A DNA stretch of 64,000 bases from Myxococcales bacterium (GTDB lineage Bacteria > Myxococcota_A > Polyangia > Polyangiales > DASUME01): NCBI GenBank assembly GCA_047601445.1, contig JASGJH010000001.1, positions 8,160,001 to 8,224,000 on the forward strand, given 5' to 3'. This document shows, in pieces, positions 18,412 to 27,758 of the stretch (its first letter is position 1; every line of letters starts with the position of its first letter). The position numbers were made by a program, and so were the translations under genes. The notes under the pieces are model-generated. The model searched no databases, was not told where the DNA came from, and saw nothing but the letters and a program-made list of their open reading frames with translations.

Positions 18412-19317
18412 TCAAGAGGGGCCCATGAGCTCCGTGAGGGCTCGTTCGAGGAGGCTGCGCGGGTAGCCCATGGAAAAGCGCGCGTTGATCTCCGAACGGG
18501 GCTGAAATTCGAGCGCGCCACCCGGGCCCTGGTACTCGAAGGCATCGAGGCCGAACGGGCCGAAGTAGCCGATGGCGTGGAGGGCGCGGCCGGAGTGTGC
18601 GAGTTCGTGGTCGAGGCGTGCGCGATGCGCGGGGGGGAGCGGCTCGAGGGCTGGGCTCGAGCGGAGCCAGCGGCCCATGGCGTCGCAGTGCTGTTCCATC
18701 AGGGGCCCGCTCAGCAGTGTACCGTCGGCCGCCAAATAGCCGTGGAGTGCGAAGTCGCGCGTGCGACGCAGCCAGGGCTCGACCTGGAGCCCCTCGCCGG
18801 ACTCGAAGGAACGCCTGGCGAAACCGCGGCTGCTCGCGTCCAACACCCCGCCGATCGCGCGGCGCCGCTCGCGGCCAGCAAAACCGAAGGGCCGCTTGAG
18901 CACCAGGTCCTGGTCCGGTTCGCATGATTTGACCAATTGCTCAAGAGTTTCCATATCATACACGTAGGATGCCCCGGCCAACGTCTGGCCAAGGCGGGCG
19001 CAGAAGGCGCGTCCATTGGCTTCGCGAAGTGCCGCCAGGTCGGGTGCGGCCACCGAGAGCTCGAGGCCGATGGCGTGCAGGCGTCGGAGCGCATGGGGGG
19101 TGGGGCAGAACGCGAGCACGCGGCGTCCGGCAGCGGCGACGACGTCGGCCTGCGCGTGTGCACCCAACACGACGTCATCCGATCGCACGAGCGTGGCCAT
19201 GCGCGCGACCAACTCCACGATGCGCGCTTCGCGCTCCAGGTCGGGTCGGTAGGCGGCAGGTGCGCTCAGCTCGACGTCGGCGTCGAGGTTCATCAACCAC
19301 GCGATCGAGGTTGCCAT
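18412..19317 (-). CDS. ATP-grasp-fold protein of unknown function
   Basis: LVLKRPFGFAGR, VEPWL, YFGPFGLDAF, EINARFSMG. Confidence 0.7.
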   Translation of the reverse strand: MATSIAWLMNLDADVELSAPAAYRPDLEREARIVELVARMATLVRSDDVVLGAHAQADVVAAAGRRVLAFCPTPHALRRLHAIGLELSVAAPDLAALREANGRAFCARLGQTLAGASYVYDMETLEQLVKSCEPDQDLVLKRPFGFAGRERRRAIGGVLDASSRGFARRSFESGEGLQVEPWLRRTRDFALHGYLAADGTLLSGPLMEQHCDAMGRWLRSSPALEPLPPAHRARLDHELAHSGRALHAIGYFGPFGLDAFEYQGPGGALEFQPRSEINARFSMGYPRSLLERALTELMGPS

Positions 19318-20105
19318 GCTTCGAGCTCGTCCATGAAGGATGTGTCCAGGCCAGCGCGCGCGCGTGCCTCGCGCGACAGTGGCTTGCCGCGCATCACCAT
19401 CGGCGATAGTGGCGCGGGTAGCGTGCGCTCCCAGCTGGCGAAGTCGAGCGCACCGGTGAGCTCGCGGAACCAGTGCACGCCGAACGCGACGTGTGCGATC
19501 TCTTCTTCGCCGACCAACTCCTGCAGCGCAGCACCCTCGTGGTCTCCCGCCGCCCGGAACATCTCCGCGAAGCGCGCGGTGTGATCCAGGTTGCTCGCCT
19601 CGAAGCCGATGCCCATCAGCGCCACGAACCCGGCCGCGCTCCGGGCGTGAGGCGTGCGCTCCCAGAACCAGTCGCGAACCGGAAAGTCTCCTACTCTGAA
19701 ACCTAACCGTTCGATGTGAGCTGAGTACAGACTCATGTGTCGAATCTCATCCTGACAAATGCTCAGGAGTCCACGCCTGAACGAAGCTGGAGTGTCTGGA
19801 AAGGTCAGCACCGCCCAGCACATCAGTTCCGCTGCTTGCAGCTCGTGATGCAGGAACGTGTGCAGCAAGTGCGCCCGCTTGTGTGGCGACGTCAGCGCAT
19901 GCGCGGACTTCGGTGCCTTGTACTTGTCCCACACCACGCGCAGCTCCGCGGGCCTGCCTGGTCGCTCGATGCGCAGCTCCGTGTTCGTCGTTGCAAACGT
20001 CGTAGGTAGTGCCGGCGGATTGAACTTGTACGCGAGCGACGTCGATACGACGTACGCATGCGCCCAGTGTTCGAGTGACTCGCGAGCGATATGGTTCGGG
20101 TTCAT
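19293..20105 (-). CDS. DUF455 ferritin-like (putative diiron) protein
   Basis: PGRP, LLHTFLHHELQA, DEIRH, FEASNLD, EEIAHVAFG..WF. Confidence 0.85.
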   Translation of the reverse strand: MNPNHIARESLEHWAHAYVVSTSLAYKFNPPALPTTFATTNTELRIERPGRPAELRVVWDKYKAPKSAHALTSPHKRAHLLHTFLHHELQAAELMCWAVLTFPDTPASFRRGLLSICQDEIRHMSLYSAHIERLGFRVGDFPVRDWFWERTPHARSAAGFVALMGIGFEASNLDHTARFAEMFRAAGDHEGAALQELVGEEEIAHVAFGVHWFRELTGALDFASWERTLPAPLSPMVMRGKPLSREARARAGLDTSFMDELEAWQPRSRG

Positions 20106-20402
20106 CGACGACACTTTCGGCGACCACCCACGTCGCGCGAGTGAGCTCGCAGGGCGCGCTTGGTGCGCGCTCGCCGAGCACAGGCTGCGATTGGCCAGTT
20201 CGCGCTTGATACGTCTCGGCTTGGGAGCATGACGCGCTCAGATTGTCCCGTTTTCCAGTGACTTCAAGCGTTTTTCCATCATTTCAGCGTCAGCAGGGTG
20301 AGCGCGCAGGCGCCCGGGGAAGCCGTTTTTTAGGCGTGAACGGTCAACTGGCGCCGAGACATTTGTGATCAGTTGAGGAATCGTTCGTGCTAGGACGTAC
20401 GT

Positions 20403-21497
20403 GTGAGTCACCGGCGAGTACAAGCAGCGGCGTGCGCTTTGTGGTGGGCAGTCTCCGGCTGCTCCGATGAAGCACCGCAAAACACCCAGCCCAAAGCGCC
20501 GGCGCCTCGCTACACGCTCGAGCGTCCTGCTGATTCGCTCGCAGTGCCGATGCAGCGAGAAGATTCGTTCCGGCGCGGCGTCTCGTTGAGTGTGTACGGT
20601 GGCAGCTCCGAAGAGCCATCCACCAAGCCGACCTACGGCAAGTTCCTGGATGACATCGTCGATCTCGGCGCGACCGATCTCGAGCTCGTGGTGCGTTGGT
20701 TCCAGGTCGATACCAAGGCCATCGAGATTGCGCCGAGCGCACTGTCTACGGTTGAAGACGAGTTGCTGACGTGGCTGATGGACGAGGCGAACACGCGTGG
20801 TCTGCGAGTCTGTCTGACGCCCGTACTAGAGATCGAGGCCGAGGGTCCGAAGGAGACTCGGTCTGCTATCGAACCTGAGGCATGGGATCGTTGGTGGTGG
20901 AGCTATGAGCGCTTCGTCACTCACTACGCTCGTCTCGCGGGCACGCACAAGGCGGCGCTGTTGTCCGTCGGGTCCGACCTCACGAGCACTCAGTCGCAGA
21001 CCGATCGTTGGCGTGAGTTGGTGCGCGACGTGCGCAAAGTGTATCGAGGCAAGCTCTGGTACTCGGCAGCCATCGATCACGTATCGGAGGTCGGCTTCTG
21101 GGACGCCGTCGACGTCGTGGGTGTGACCGGATATCAGACGGCGCTCATTCCGGCGGCGGGTTCCGACGAGGAGCTGCGCAAGGCGATGACACCTCAAGCG
21201 ACCAAGCTGCGCAGCTGGGCGCTGGCGGAGGGCAAGCGTTACCTATTCACCGACCTCGGTCTGTTCACGCCTGGCGCCGATCGATCCAAGCTGTTGATGG
21301 ACGAACTCCGTCGCCAGCGCACCACCTACGAAGTGTGGCAGGACGATCCGCGTCTCGAAGGAATGATGGCGGGTGCTTGGCTGGGGCGCGCGCCGCAGGT
21401 GGCCCTGCCCGGGGTACGTGAGCGCCCTGCTGCCGAGGTGCTGCGTCACTGGTATCGCGCGAGTCGGGTCGCAGCCCAGGGCTCCATCCTGCCGTGA
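20403..21497 (+). CDS. GH113-like TIM-barrel lipoprotein
   Basis: Lipobox VSGC; WWWSYERFVTHYARLA, LSVGSDL, WRELVRDVRKVYRGKLWYSA, FWDAVDVVGV, LFTDLG. Confidence 0.75.
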   Translation: MSHRRVQAAACALWWAVSGCSDEAPQNTQPKAPAPRYTLERPADSLAVPMQREDSFRRGVSLSVYGGSSEEPSTKPTYGKFLDDIVDLGATDLELVVRWFQVDTKAIEIAPSALSTVEDELLTWLMDEANTRGLRVCLTPVLEIEAEGPKETRSAIEPEAWDRWWWSYERFVTHYARLAGTHKAALLSVGSDLTSTQSQTDRWRELVRDVRKVYRGKLWYSAAIDHVSEVGFWDAVDVVGVTGYQTALIPAAGSDEELRKAMTPQATKLRSWALAEGKRYLFTDLGLFTPGADRSKLLMDELRRQRTTYEVWQDDPRLEGMMAGAWLGRAPQVALPGVRERPAAEVLRHWYRASRVAAQGSILP

Positions 21498-21627
21498 GGC
21501 AAGCTCCCTGAGGCGCCCGATCCTGCCGCGAGGTCAACTCGCAGCGGGGCTTCATCTCATTGCGAGACCGGTCCGCTCGAAGGGGTCGAGCGTGCTGCGA
21601 GGCCAAGCCTGGGCGAAGGGCTCGACC

Positions 21628-22926
21628 CTACCGCGAAGCTAGCCCGCTGAAGACCGCGTTGACCGCCAGGCTCTTGCGGTATTCCGCAAACATTTCAAGT
21701 GTTTGCTCATTCGATAGGCCGAAGTCCTCGAGTTGGTACTGGTGGCGGCCGTACTTGTGCTGGGGGCTGCGGAGGAGGGTCTCGGTCATGGCCCAACGCG
21801 CCTCGGCGCGCAGCTCCAGGCCGAGCTTCACGTAGAGCTTCTCGAGCGCCTCGAGCGGGGCTGCGATGAGGTCTTCGTAGCTCACGTCCACGAAGCCGCG
21901 CTCGCCGTCACGCTTGCGGACTTCGAGCGCACGCTCGAGCATGCGGCTCACCTTGCGGGACCAGTGACGACCGATCTCGTGGGGATCGACGCTATCGCTG
22001 AACACCCCTCGCGAGTGCCAGATCATGCTGCAGAAGGAAGCCAAGGTCTGCGACGGATCGCGGTGCGTCTGGATGACGCGAGCATCCGGGAAGACCTTGC
22101 GCAGCACGTCGAGGTGCTCGAGGTGGTGAGGTGTCTTGAGGACCCAGCGCTTGGGGCCCTGGCGATGACTGAGCCAACGCAGCATCAGGTCGAGGAGTCT
22201 GTAGGCGGGAGTCTGATCCTGCTGCTCGAGCCAGTGTGCATAGCTCGGCACGTGCAGTGTCGCTTCGGGTACGGTGCTCAAGAAACTGTAGTCGAGCAGC
22301 AGCACGTCTTCTTCGGGCGCGTCGGCTTCCACCGGATGAATTGCGAAGAAGTCGGGCGCCATGTAGAGCAGCGCGCGCTCGCTGAGCTTGGCTTCGAGCC
22401 AGCGCGCATCGTGCCCGTGAAAGCGCGAGAAGAAGGAGCGCTCGGGGGCCATGGGCGCGATGGCTTCGTAGGAGCGCAAGCTGCGCAGGCCCGTGTCGCT
22501 CGCAAGTAGCCGATGCAGCATGGTGGTGCCCGTGCGCTGCAAGCCCGCGATGACGATGGGCGCTGGCAGTTCGCTCTCGAATACCTCGGGATGTCGCTTG
22601 ATGGCGTCTTGCAGCAGCAAGCGCGTGGTCAGCGAGCGCGTCAGGCGAGCCTTCGTGATCAGCTTGCCTACCGTGTGCAGGTTGGCCTCGCGCTCGATCG
22701 AGCGCAGCAGCACGCCGAGCGCCTCGCGAAAACTCTCGTCGCCGAAGTCGCTCAGCCCTGTTTGCGCTCGCGCCGCGCTCAGCAGCGCGCTCGCCTGCAA
22801 CGCATCGCCGCCTGCGCCGAGGCGCTTGAGTCCCTCGCCCCAGCGATTGAGCAGCGCGAGCGGCAGCGGTCGATAGTGATAGGAGCCAACGCTGGCAGTG
22901 GTGCGAGCTAGTGCATGCGAATTCAC
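21628..22926 (-). CDS. PAPS-dependent sulfotransferase family protein
   Basis: IAGLQRTGTTMLHRLL, WVLKTPHHL, IQTHRDP; GTG start overlaps upstream stop. Confidence 0.9.
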   Translation of the reverse strand: MNSHALARTTASVGSYHYRPLPLALLNRWGEGLKRLGAGGDALQASALLSAARAQTGLSDFGDESFREALGVLLRSIEREANLHTVGKLITKARLTRSLTTRLLLQDAIKRHPEVFESELPAPIVIAGLQRTGTTMLHRLLASDTGLRSLRSYEAIAPMAPERSFFSRFHGHDARWLEAKLSERALLYMAPDFFAIHPVEADAPEEDVLLLDYSFLSTVPEATLHVPSYAHWLEQQDQTPAYRLLDLMLRWLSHRQGPKRWVLKTPHHLEHLDVLRKVFPDARVIQTHRDPSQTLASFCSMIWHSRGVFSDSVDPHEIGRHWSRKVSRMLERALEVRKRDGERGFVDVSYEDLIAAPLEALEKLYVKLGLELRAEARWAMTETLLRSPQHKYGRHQYQLEDFGLSNEQTLEMFAEYRKSLAVNAVFSGLASR

Positions 22927-24044
22927 GGCTGAATCTCTCGGAGGGCGACGACCCGGGTTTGAGGCACGGGATGGGCAGCGGCACGGACCCAGCGAAAGCA
23001 CATGGTGCCAAAGCGATGCCCAGCCGTGTCGAGCCAGTTGTCGACGCCCGGATTGCGGTGCGAGACCACGATGCACACGCTCCCGTCGGCGCGCAGTTTG
23101 GCGCCCGCCTGGTTGATGCAAACCTCGTGGTGGCGATAGTCGAGTGACTCCATCCAGTAGTTGTTGAGCTGAAAGTTCCAGTAGTCGCAGCTTGGTGGCG
23201 TGACCTCGATGACGAGCGCTTGATCCTCTTCGAGCTCCCAGAAGCTGTGATAGTAGGCAATGTTCGGATCGCCGCCGAACATGCGCGAGAGCTGTGGATC
23301 GAACTGGGGCAGCTGGTTTGCGTGCTTGCGGAAGCCCTTGGCCCAGTTGGGAAAGATCATGGCGCAGGCACTCACCAGGCTGGCAGCGCTCTGCAGGCCG
23401 CGCATCACGCCGTCGGGCGTCAAGCCCGGCAGAGGCCCGGACTGCTCCGTGTTCGGTGCTTGCTCGATGCGCTCGAGCGTGAGGTCTGCGCGCGTCTCGC
23501 GGGTGCGATCGGAGAACGTCTGCCGCACGATCAGCGTGCCGTAGCCCTCCGGGAGTTTGAGCCAGTTGCCCGCGCGAGGTTCCTTGCTGAGCACCACATC
23601 GATACGCCCATCCGGCGTCAGTTGCATGTCCTTGGCCTCGAGGAAGCCAGCCGGCGGCATGCCGGCACCCTGCCCGTAGTGTCCGTTCTGAGTGGCGATG
23701 CTGAGGTAGGGCACGCTGCCGCGCGTACCGGAGAGGCGATAGACGTAGTCGCCGTGCACCGGCGCGTTCTCGTACCAGTTGTCAGGGTTGTCGGCGCCCA
23801 TCTTGATGGTCTCGTGGACGGTCCGTCGCAGTACCGGCGCAGCGGGCTCGGAGAATTCCACGAAGGTCTCGAAGGCGGCTCGCACCAGGCGGGTCAGATA
23901 GCGGACCCCTTCGGCTCGCGTCAGCGGATCTGCTGCGGCCTCGTCAGCGAAGATGGGATCGCCCGCCGATTTCAGACGATCACAGAAGGCGTGCCAGGCG
24001 GCCTTGAGTGCTTGCGTGTCGCTCTCCGTGTTCGTTTGGCTCAT
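22923..24044 (-). CDS. DUF1214-type protein
   Basis: RAEGVRYLTR, MGADNPDNWY, YRLSGTRG, YWNFQLNNYWMESLDY, NWLDTAG; ATGA overlap with SDR. Confidence 0.8.
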   Translation of the reverse strand: MSQTNTESDTQALKAAWHAFCDRLKSAGDPIFADEAAADPLTRAEGVRYLTRLVRAAFETFVEFSEPAAPVLRRTVHETIKMGADNPDNWYENAPVHGDYVYRLSGTRGSVPYLSIATQNGHYGQGAGMPPAGFLEAKDMQLTPDGRIDVVLSKEPRAGNWLKLPEGYGTLIVRQTFSDRTRETRADLTLERIEQAPNTEQSGPLPGLTPDGVMRGLQSAASLVSACAMIFPNWAKGFRKHANQLPQFDPQLSRMFGGDPNIAYYHSFWELEEDQALVIEVTPPSCDYWNFQLNNYWMESLDYRHHEVCINQAGAKLRADGSVCIVVSHRNPGVDNWLDTAGHRFGTMCFRWVRAAAHPVPQTRVVALREIQP

Positions 24045-25003
24045 CGATGCTCCCCCAGCGCGCGCTCGATCAGCCGTTGGCTCTCGCGCAACAGGCGCCG
24101 CCCCACGGCCGTGTCCCGTGTCTGACCCGCGGGTCGCTTCTCGACCATCGCGTGCAGGTAGCGGCCCGTGCGCCCCTCGAGCTCTCGCGCGCAGCACAAA
24201 TAGGTCACGGGCAAGGCAGCGTCGGCCGGGGCTCGAAAGAACTTCTTCATCACGAGTCCGAGCGCGGGCTTCACCCACTCCGGCGCTTCCCGCGCGATGT
24301 CGGTGTCCACGGCGCCGGGACACATCGTGTGCACCGACGCACGTCCAGCGAGGCGACGCGCCAAATCCGCCGCGTACACCTCCACGAGGAGCTTGGAGTA
24401 GCCGTAGACCTTCATGCTGCCCATGGCGTCGTAGGGCGTGAAGCGGCCGAGATTGCCGAAGTCCACCGAGCCCACATCACGGTGGGTCTCGCTCGACACG
24501 AACACGAGCCGAGGAGGGTGCTCCGCGTTGGGCTCGATCACGCACAGCGACAGCAAGCGCTCCACCAACAACACGTTGGCCAGGAAGTTCACGCCGAACA
24601 TCAGCTCGAAACCTTGCTTGGTGGGACGCGCGCTGCTCGGAACGACGCCTGCGTTGAGCACCACCAGATCGAGCCTGCGTCCGCTGCGGGCGAGCTCTTC
24701 GCAAAGGGCGATCACCGAGTGAAGGTCGGCCAGATCCACGGGTAACATCTCGACGTGGCTCGAGCCGCTGCTCTGCATGACGTCCGCGGCGGCCTCGGGG
24801 ATGCCAGTGCGACACGCCATGATCACGTGGGCTCCGCGTTCGGCGAGTTGCGTCGCGATGGCTTTGCCGAGTCCGCGGTTGGCGCCCGTGACGAGGGCCA
24901 GCTTGCCGTCCGCGCGATCGGCGCCGGCGAGTGTCACGGTTCGCTCCTGATGCTGGCGCGTGGCCACGGCTCCCGCGAGGGCAGCGCTGATGGGGTTCCG
25001 CAT
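24041..25003 (-). CDS. Short-chain dehydrogenase/reductase (retinol-dehydrogenase-like)
   Basis: TGANRGLG, VLNAGV, FGVNF, VSSETH, YGYSK, CPGAVDTDI. Confidence 0.92.
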   Translation of the reverse strand: MRNPISAALAGAVATRQHQERTVTLAGADRADGKLALVTGANRGLGKAIATQLAERGAHVIMACRTGIPEAAADVMQSSGSSHVEMLPVDLADLHSVIALCEELARSGRRLDLVVLNAGVVPSSARPTKQGFELMFGVNFLANVLLVERLLSLCVIEPNAEHPPRLVFVSSETHRDVGSVDFGNLGRFTPYDAMGSMKVYGYSKLLVEVYAADLARRLAGRASVHTMCPGAVDTDIAREAPEWVKPALGLVMKKFFRAPADAALPVTYLCCARELEGRTGRYLHAMVEKRPAGQTRDTAVGRRLLRESQRLIERALGEHR

Positions 25004-25082
25004 GGCGGAGAGCGATATCAGAAATCGGCGTGCCCTGCCGGGAGAACCCGGACATCGGGCCCACTCAGCGCGCGGCGAGCAC

Positions 25083-25116
25083 AAAAAAAGGCCGCCCGGG
25101 CGGAAACGGGCGGCCT
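25083..25116 (-). terminator. Intrinsic terminator after argG
   Basis: Minus strand AGGCCGCCCG-loop-CGGGCGGCC-TTTTTTT. Confidence 0.8.
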
Positions 25117-25141
25117 CCATGCGGCGTGAGCGTGACCTTGA

Positions 25142-26374
25142 TCAGATCTTGATCTGACCTGCGCGCGCGAGTGCCTTGGCTTCGACGCTCTGGATCTCCA
25201 CGTAGCCTTGCGAGCTGGTGGGGTTGAGTCCTTCGCTCTTCTCCATGGAGGCGTCGGCCTCGTTGTAGAGCGATCCAGCGCAGTCCTTGAGGCTGTGGAA
25301 GTAGATGTTGCCCTTGTAGAGGCCGAGCTCCACGGTGCCCGTGGCCGGCTCGGAGAGCACGTCGATCGCGGCCAGCGCAGCGCGGACCGTGGGATCGAAC
25401 AGGCGGCCGTCGTAGATGTGGTCGGCCACGATGCGCGAGAGCTCGTTGAAGAGCTTGGTCGCGCGACGATCCATCACGGCCTGGTACACGGCGCGCAGAC
25501 CCGCGCCGAGCAACTCCATGCCTGGGGCTTCGTACACGCCGCGGCTCTTGGTGCCGATCACGCGATTCTCGAGCGCGTTGCGCATCCAGACGCCGTTGCG
25601 GCCGGCGATTTGGTTGGCCTCGAGCATGGCGGCCACGGAGTCGAGCGTCTTGCCGTTGATGGCCGTGGCGCGCCCGCGCTCGAAGCGCAGGGTCACGCTC
25701 TCGACGCGGTCGGGCGCCTTCTCGGGCCACACGCCCATGATGGGATCCACGATGGTGCACGGAGTCTCGATGGACTCGAGATCTTCGGCTTCATGGGACA
25801 GGCCGGCCAGATTGGCGTCGGTGGAGTAGCGCTTCTTGGCGCCCACTTCGGCTTCGATGCCCTGCGCGCGCAGGTAGGCTGCCATCTCCTTGCGGCCCGG
25901 GAACTCGCTCAAGAGCGCCGGGTCACGCCAGGGGGCGTAGACCTTCATGTTGGGGGCCAGCACGTTCGTGTAGCGCTCGAAGCGGAGCTGGTCGTTGCCG
26001 CGGCCGGTGGCGCCGTGGGCGAGCACGGTGCAGCCGCGGTCGCGCATCGCGCCCAACAGGCCCTTCACGGTGACGGCACGCCCGAGGCCAGTGGTGTTCC
26101 AGTAGCCGCCGTCGTAGGTGGCCTGGCTCTTCAGAGCCATGAACGCGGCCTCGGCCATTTCCTTGCGCAGATCGACGATCACCGTCTCCGCGCCGGTGGG
26201 GGCCATCTTCGTCTTGATGTCGTTGACGTCTTTCTCGTCGGGCTGGGCGAGGTTCGCCGTGAAGCACAGCACGTCGGCGCCAGCCTTCTTGAGGCGCGTC
26301 GTGACGGTCTTGCTATCGAGACCACCCGAGACGCAGATACCAACCTTGTGACCCTTCAATTCCTCGATGCGCAT
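25142..26374 (-). CDS. argG: Argininosuccinate synthase
   Basis: SGGLDS, HGATGRGNDQLRF, YSTDANL, ENRVIGTKSRGVYEAPG. Confidence 0.97.
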   Translation of the reverse strand: MRIEELKGHKVGICVSGGLDSKTVTTRLKKAGADVLCFTANLAQPDEKDVNDIKTKMAPTGAETVIVDLRKEMAEAAFMALKSQATYDGGYWNTTGLGRAVTVKGLLGAMRDRGCTVLAHGATGRGNDQLRFERYTNVLAPNMKVYAPWRDPALLSEFPGRKEMAAYLRAQGIEAEVGAKKRYSTDANLAGLSHEAEDLESIETPCTIVDPIMGVWPEKAPDRVESVTLRFERGRATAINGKTLDSVAAMLEANQIAGRNGVWMRNALENRVIGTKSRGVYEAPGMELLGAGLRAVYQAVMDRRATKLFNELSRIVADHIYDGRLFDPTVRAALAAIDVLSEPATGTVELGLYKGNIYFHSLKDCAGSLYNEADASMEKSEGLNPTSSQGYVEIQSVEAKALARAGQIKI

Positions 26375-26490
26375 GGCGCGCAAAGGTAGTCGAAAGCGGC
26401 CCGCGCGCCATCGGACGCAGGCGCCGTTCGCGAGGGCGCTCGAGGCGGGCCCGGCGGGTCGCGGGGACCCTCGAGGGGGCGGTCTAAACC

Positions 26491-26925
26491 TCAGTCTTCG
26501 GCGCGGTCGCGGAAGCGCTGCATCATGCGCGGAAGCTCTTGATCAGCGAAGACTTTTTGAAGCTCTTCGGGGATCGGCAGGGTGGTCACGATCTCGTTCT
26601 CGTAGAAAGCCTTGGTCTCGCCGTCCGAGGTCTCTTCGAGTTTCCAGCGCCCCTCGTTCTTGGTGAGCGTCGGGGACTCCAGCAACGACCAGCTGACCTC
26701 GTTTTTCCCGAGCTTGTAGCGCACGGTGTACTCGGTCTTCACTTCCGAGCCGGCGACCTTCACCTCGACGAAGAACTTCGCGACCAGGGCGTCTTGGGTG
26801 CGCTCCTTGATCTCGACCTTCTTCACTTCGGGCAGGAACTCCGGGTACTTGTCGACCGCGATGACGATTTCGCGGAACTCTTCGGGGGAAACGAACGTCT
26901 CGACCGTGGTGGAGCTTTTGGGCAT
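26491..26925 (-). CDS. SRPBCC/START-fold (polyketide cyclase/CoQ10-like) protein
   Basis: DKYPEFLPEVK, VSWSL..NEGRWKL, C-terminal helix. Confidence 0.85.
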   Translation of the reverse strand: MPKSSTTVETFVSPEEFREIVIAVDKYPEFLPEVKKVEIKERTQDALVAKFFVEVKVAGSEVKTEYTVRYKLGKNEVSWSLLESPTLTKNEGRWKLEETSDGETKAFYENEIVTTLPIPEELQKVFADQELPRMMQRFRDRAED

Positions 26926-26968
26926 GGCCCATCTTTACCATAGGCCCCGTGTGAAGCAGCGTGAACAT

Positions 26969-27143
26969 CCGTGAGCGCAGCGAACCTCGCGGCGGGGTGG
27001 GCCCCGGCGCGGCTTGCGCTGGGCGGGGAGGTCGCGCGACCTCGCTCGTAAGCATGCGAGGCCACCGTGAGCGCAGCGAACCTCGCGGCGGGGTGGGCCC
27101 CGGCGCGGCTTGCGCTGGGCGGGGAGGTCGCGTGACCTCCCCG
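26969..27143. repeat. Two direct 75-bp copies of a REP-like palindromic element
   Basis: 26969-27043 and 27065-27139 differ at one base (period 96); copy 2 ends in hairpin CGGGGAGGTC-GCGT-GACCTCCCCG. Confidence 0.9.
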
Positions 27144-27154
27144 TGAAATGACGC

Positions 27155-27715
27155 TCACATCTTGCCCTGTGCCAGGTTCTGCACGACGAGCTTGCCGTAC
27201 TGCCAGATGGTGCGGCCCACGGTGCGGCGGTCGAGCGTGCTGAACACGGTGTCGGCCAGTCCGAAGGGCAGCATGCTGGGAATCGGCCCGCGCGCGTACT
27301 CGAGCATCCAGGCATGGCTGGGCACGGCGTAGCCCTTGGCGCGATCGGCTCCCAAATAGGCTGCATCGCCCGGCTTGTAGACCGCGCGCTCGAACTCGCC
27401 CGGGTGATAGCACCACATCTCGCCGTCCATCATGAAGTCGTAGACCTCCGTGGCGTAGCGACCCGAGTGGCCTTCCGTGCCGATCGGAGTGCCGAAGATC
27501 AAGATGTACTCGGTGATGGAGCAGTGGAGCAGCTTCATCTGGCCCATCGCCCCGCCGGCGTTGTTGAAGAGCCAGTCGACGTCGAGCGTGATGTGCTTGG
27601 GGTAGCGGCGCTTGAGCTCGTCGCAAACCACGCGGATCATCTCTTCTTTGCTCTTGCGGCCGATACCGAGCTTGGCGACCTCGTGCAGTTCGTCTGGATC
27701 GAAGATGTAGCCCAT
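27155..27715 (-). CDS. ERG2/sigma-1 receptor-like protein (C-8 sterol isomerase family)
   Basis: WLFNNAGGAMGQM.LLHCSITEYILIFGTPIGTEGHSGRY, WMLEYARGPIPSMLPFGLAD. Confidence 0.92.
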   Translation of the reverse strand: MGYIFDPDELHEVAKLGIGRKSKEEMIRVVCDELKRRYPKHITLDVDWLFNNAGGAMGQMKLLHCSITEYILIFGTPIGTEGHSGRYATEVYDFMMDGEMWCYHPGEFERAVYKPGDAAYLGADRAKGYAVPSHAWMLEYARGPIPSMLPFGLADTVFSTLDRRTVGRTIWQYGKLVVQNLAQGKM

Positions 27716-27758
27716 GAAGTCAGTCTTTCTCGCGCTGCCGGTTGGAACTCGTTGATCT

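Noticed and set aside
18385..18418. CTTGA-type heat-shock promoter before htpG (similar CTTGAG before lon at ~56860)
   Set aside because: The -10 elements and spacing disagree; too weak to call.
26969..27139. Possible mini-CRISPR
   Set aside because: Only two repeats, 75 bp long with a 21-nt spacer; no cas genes.
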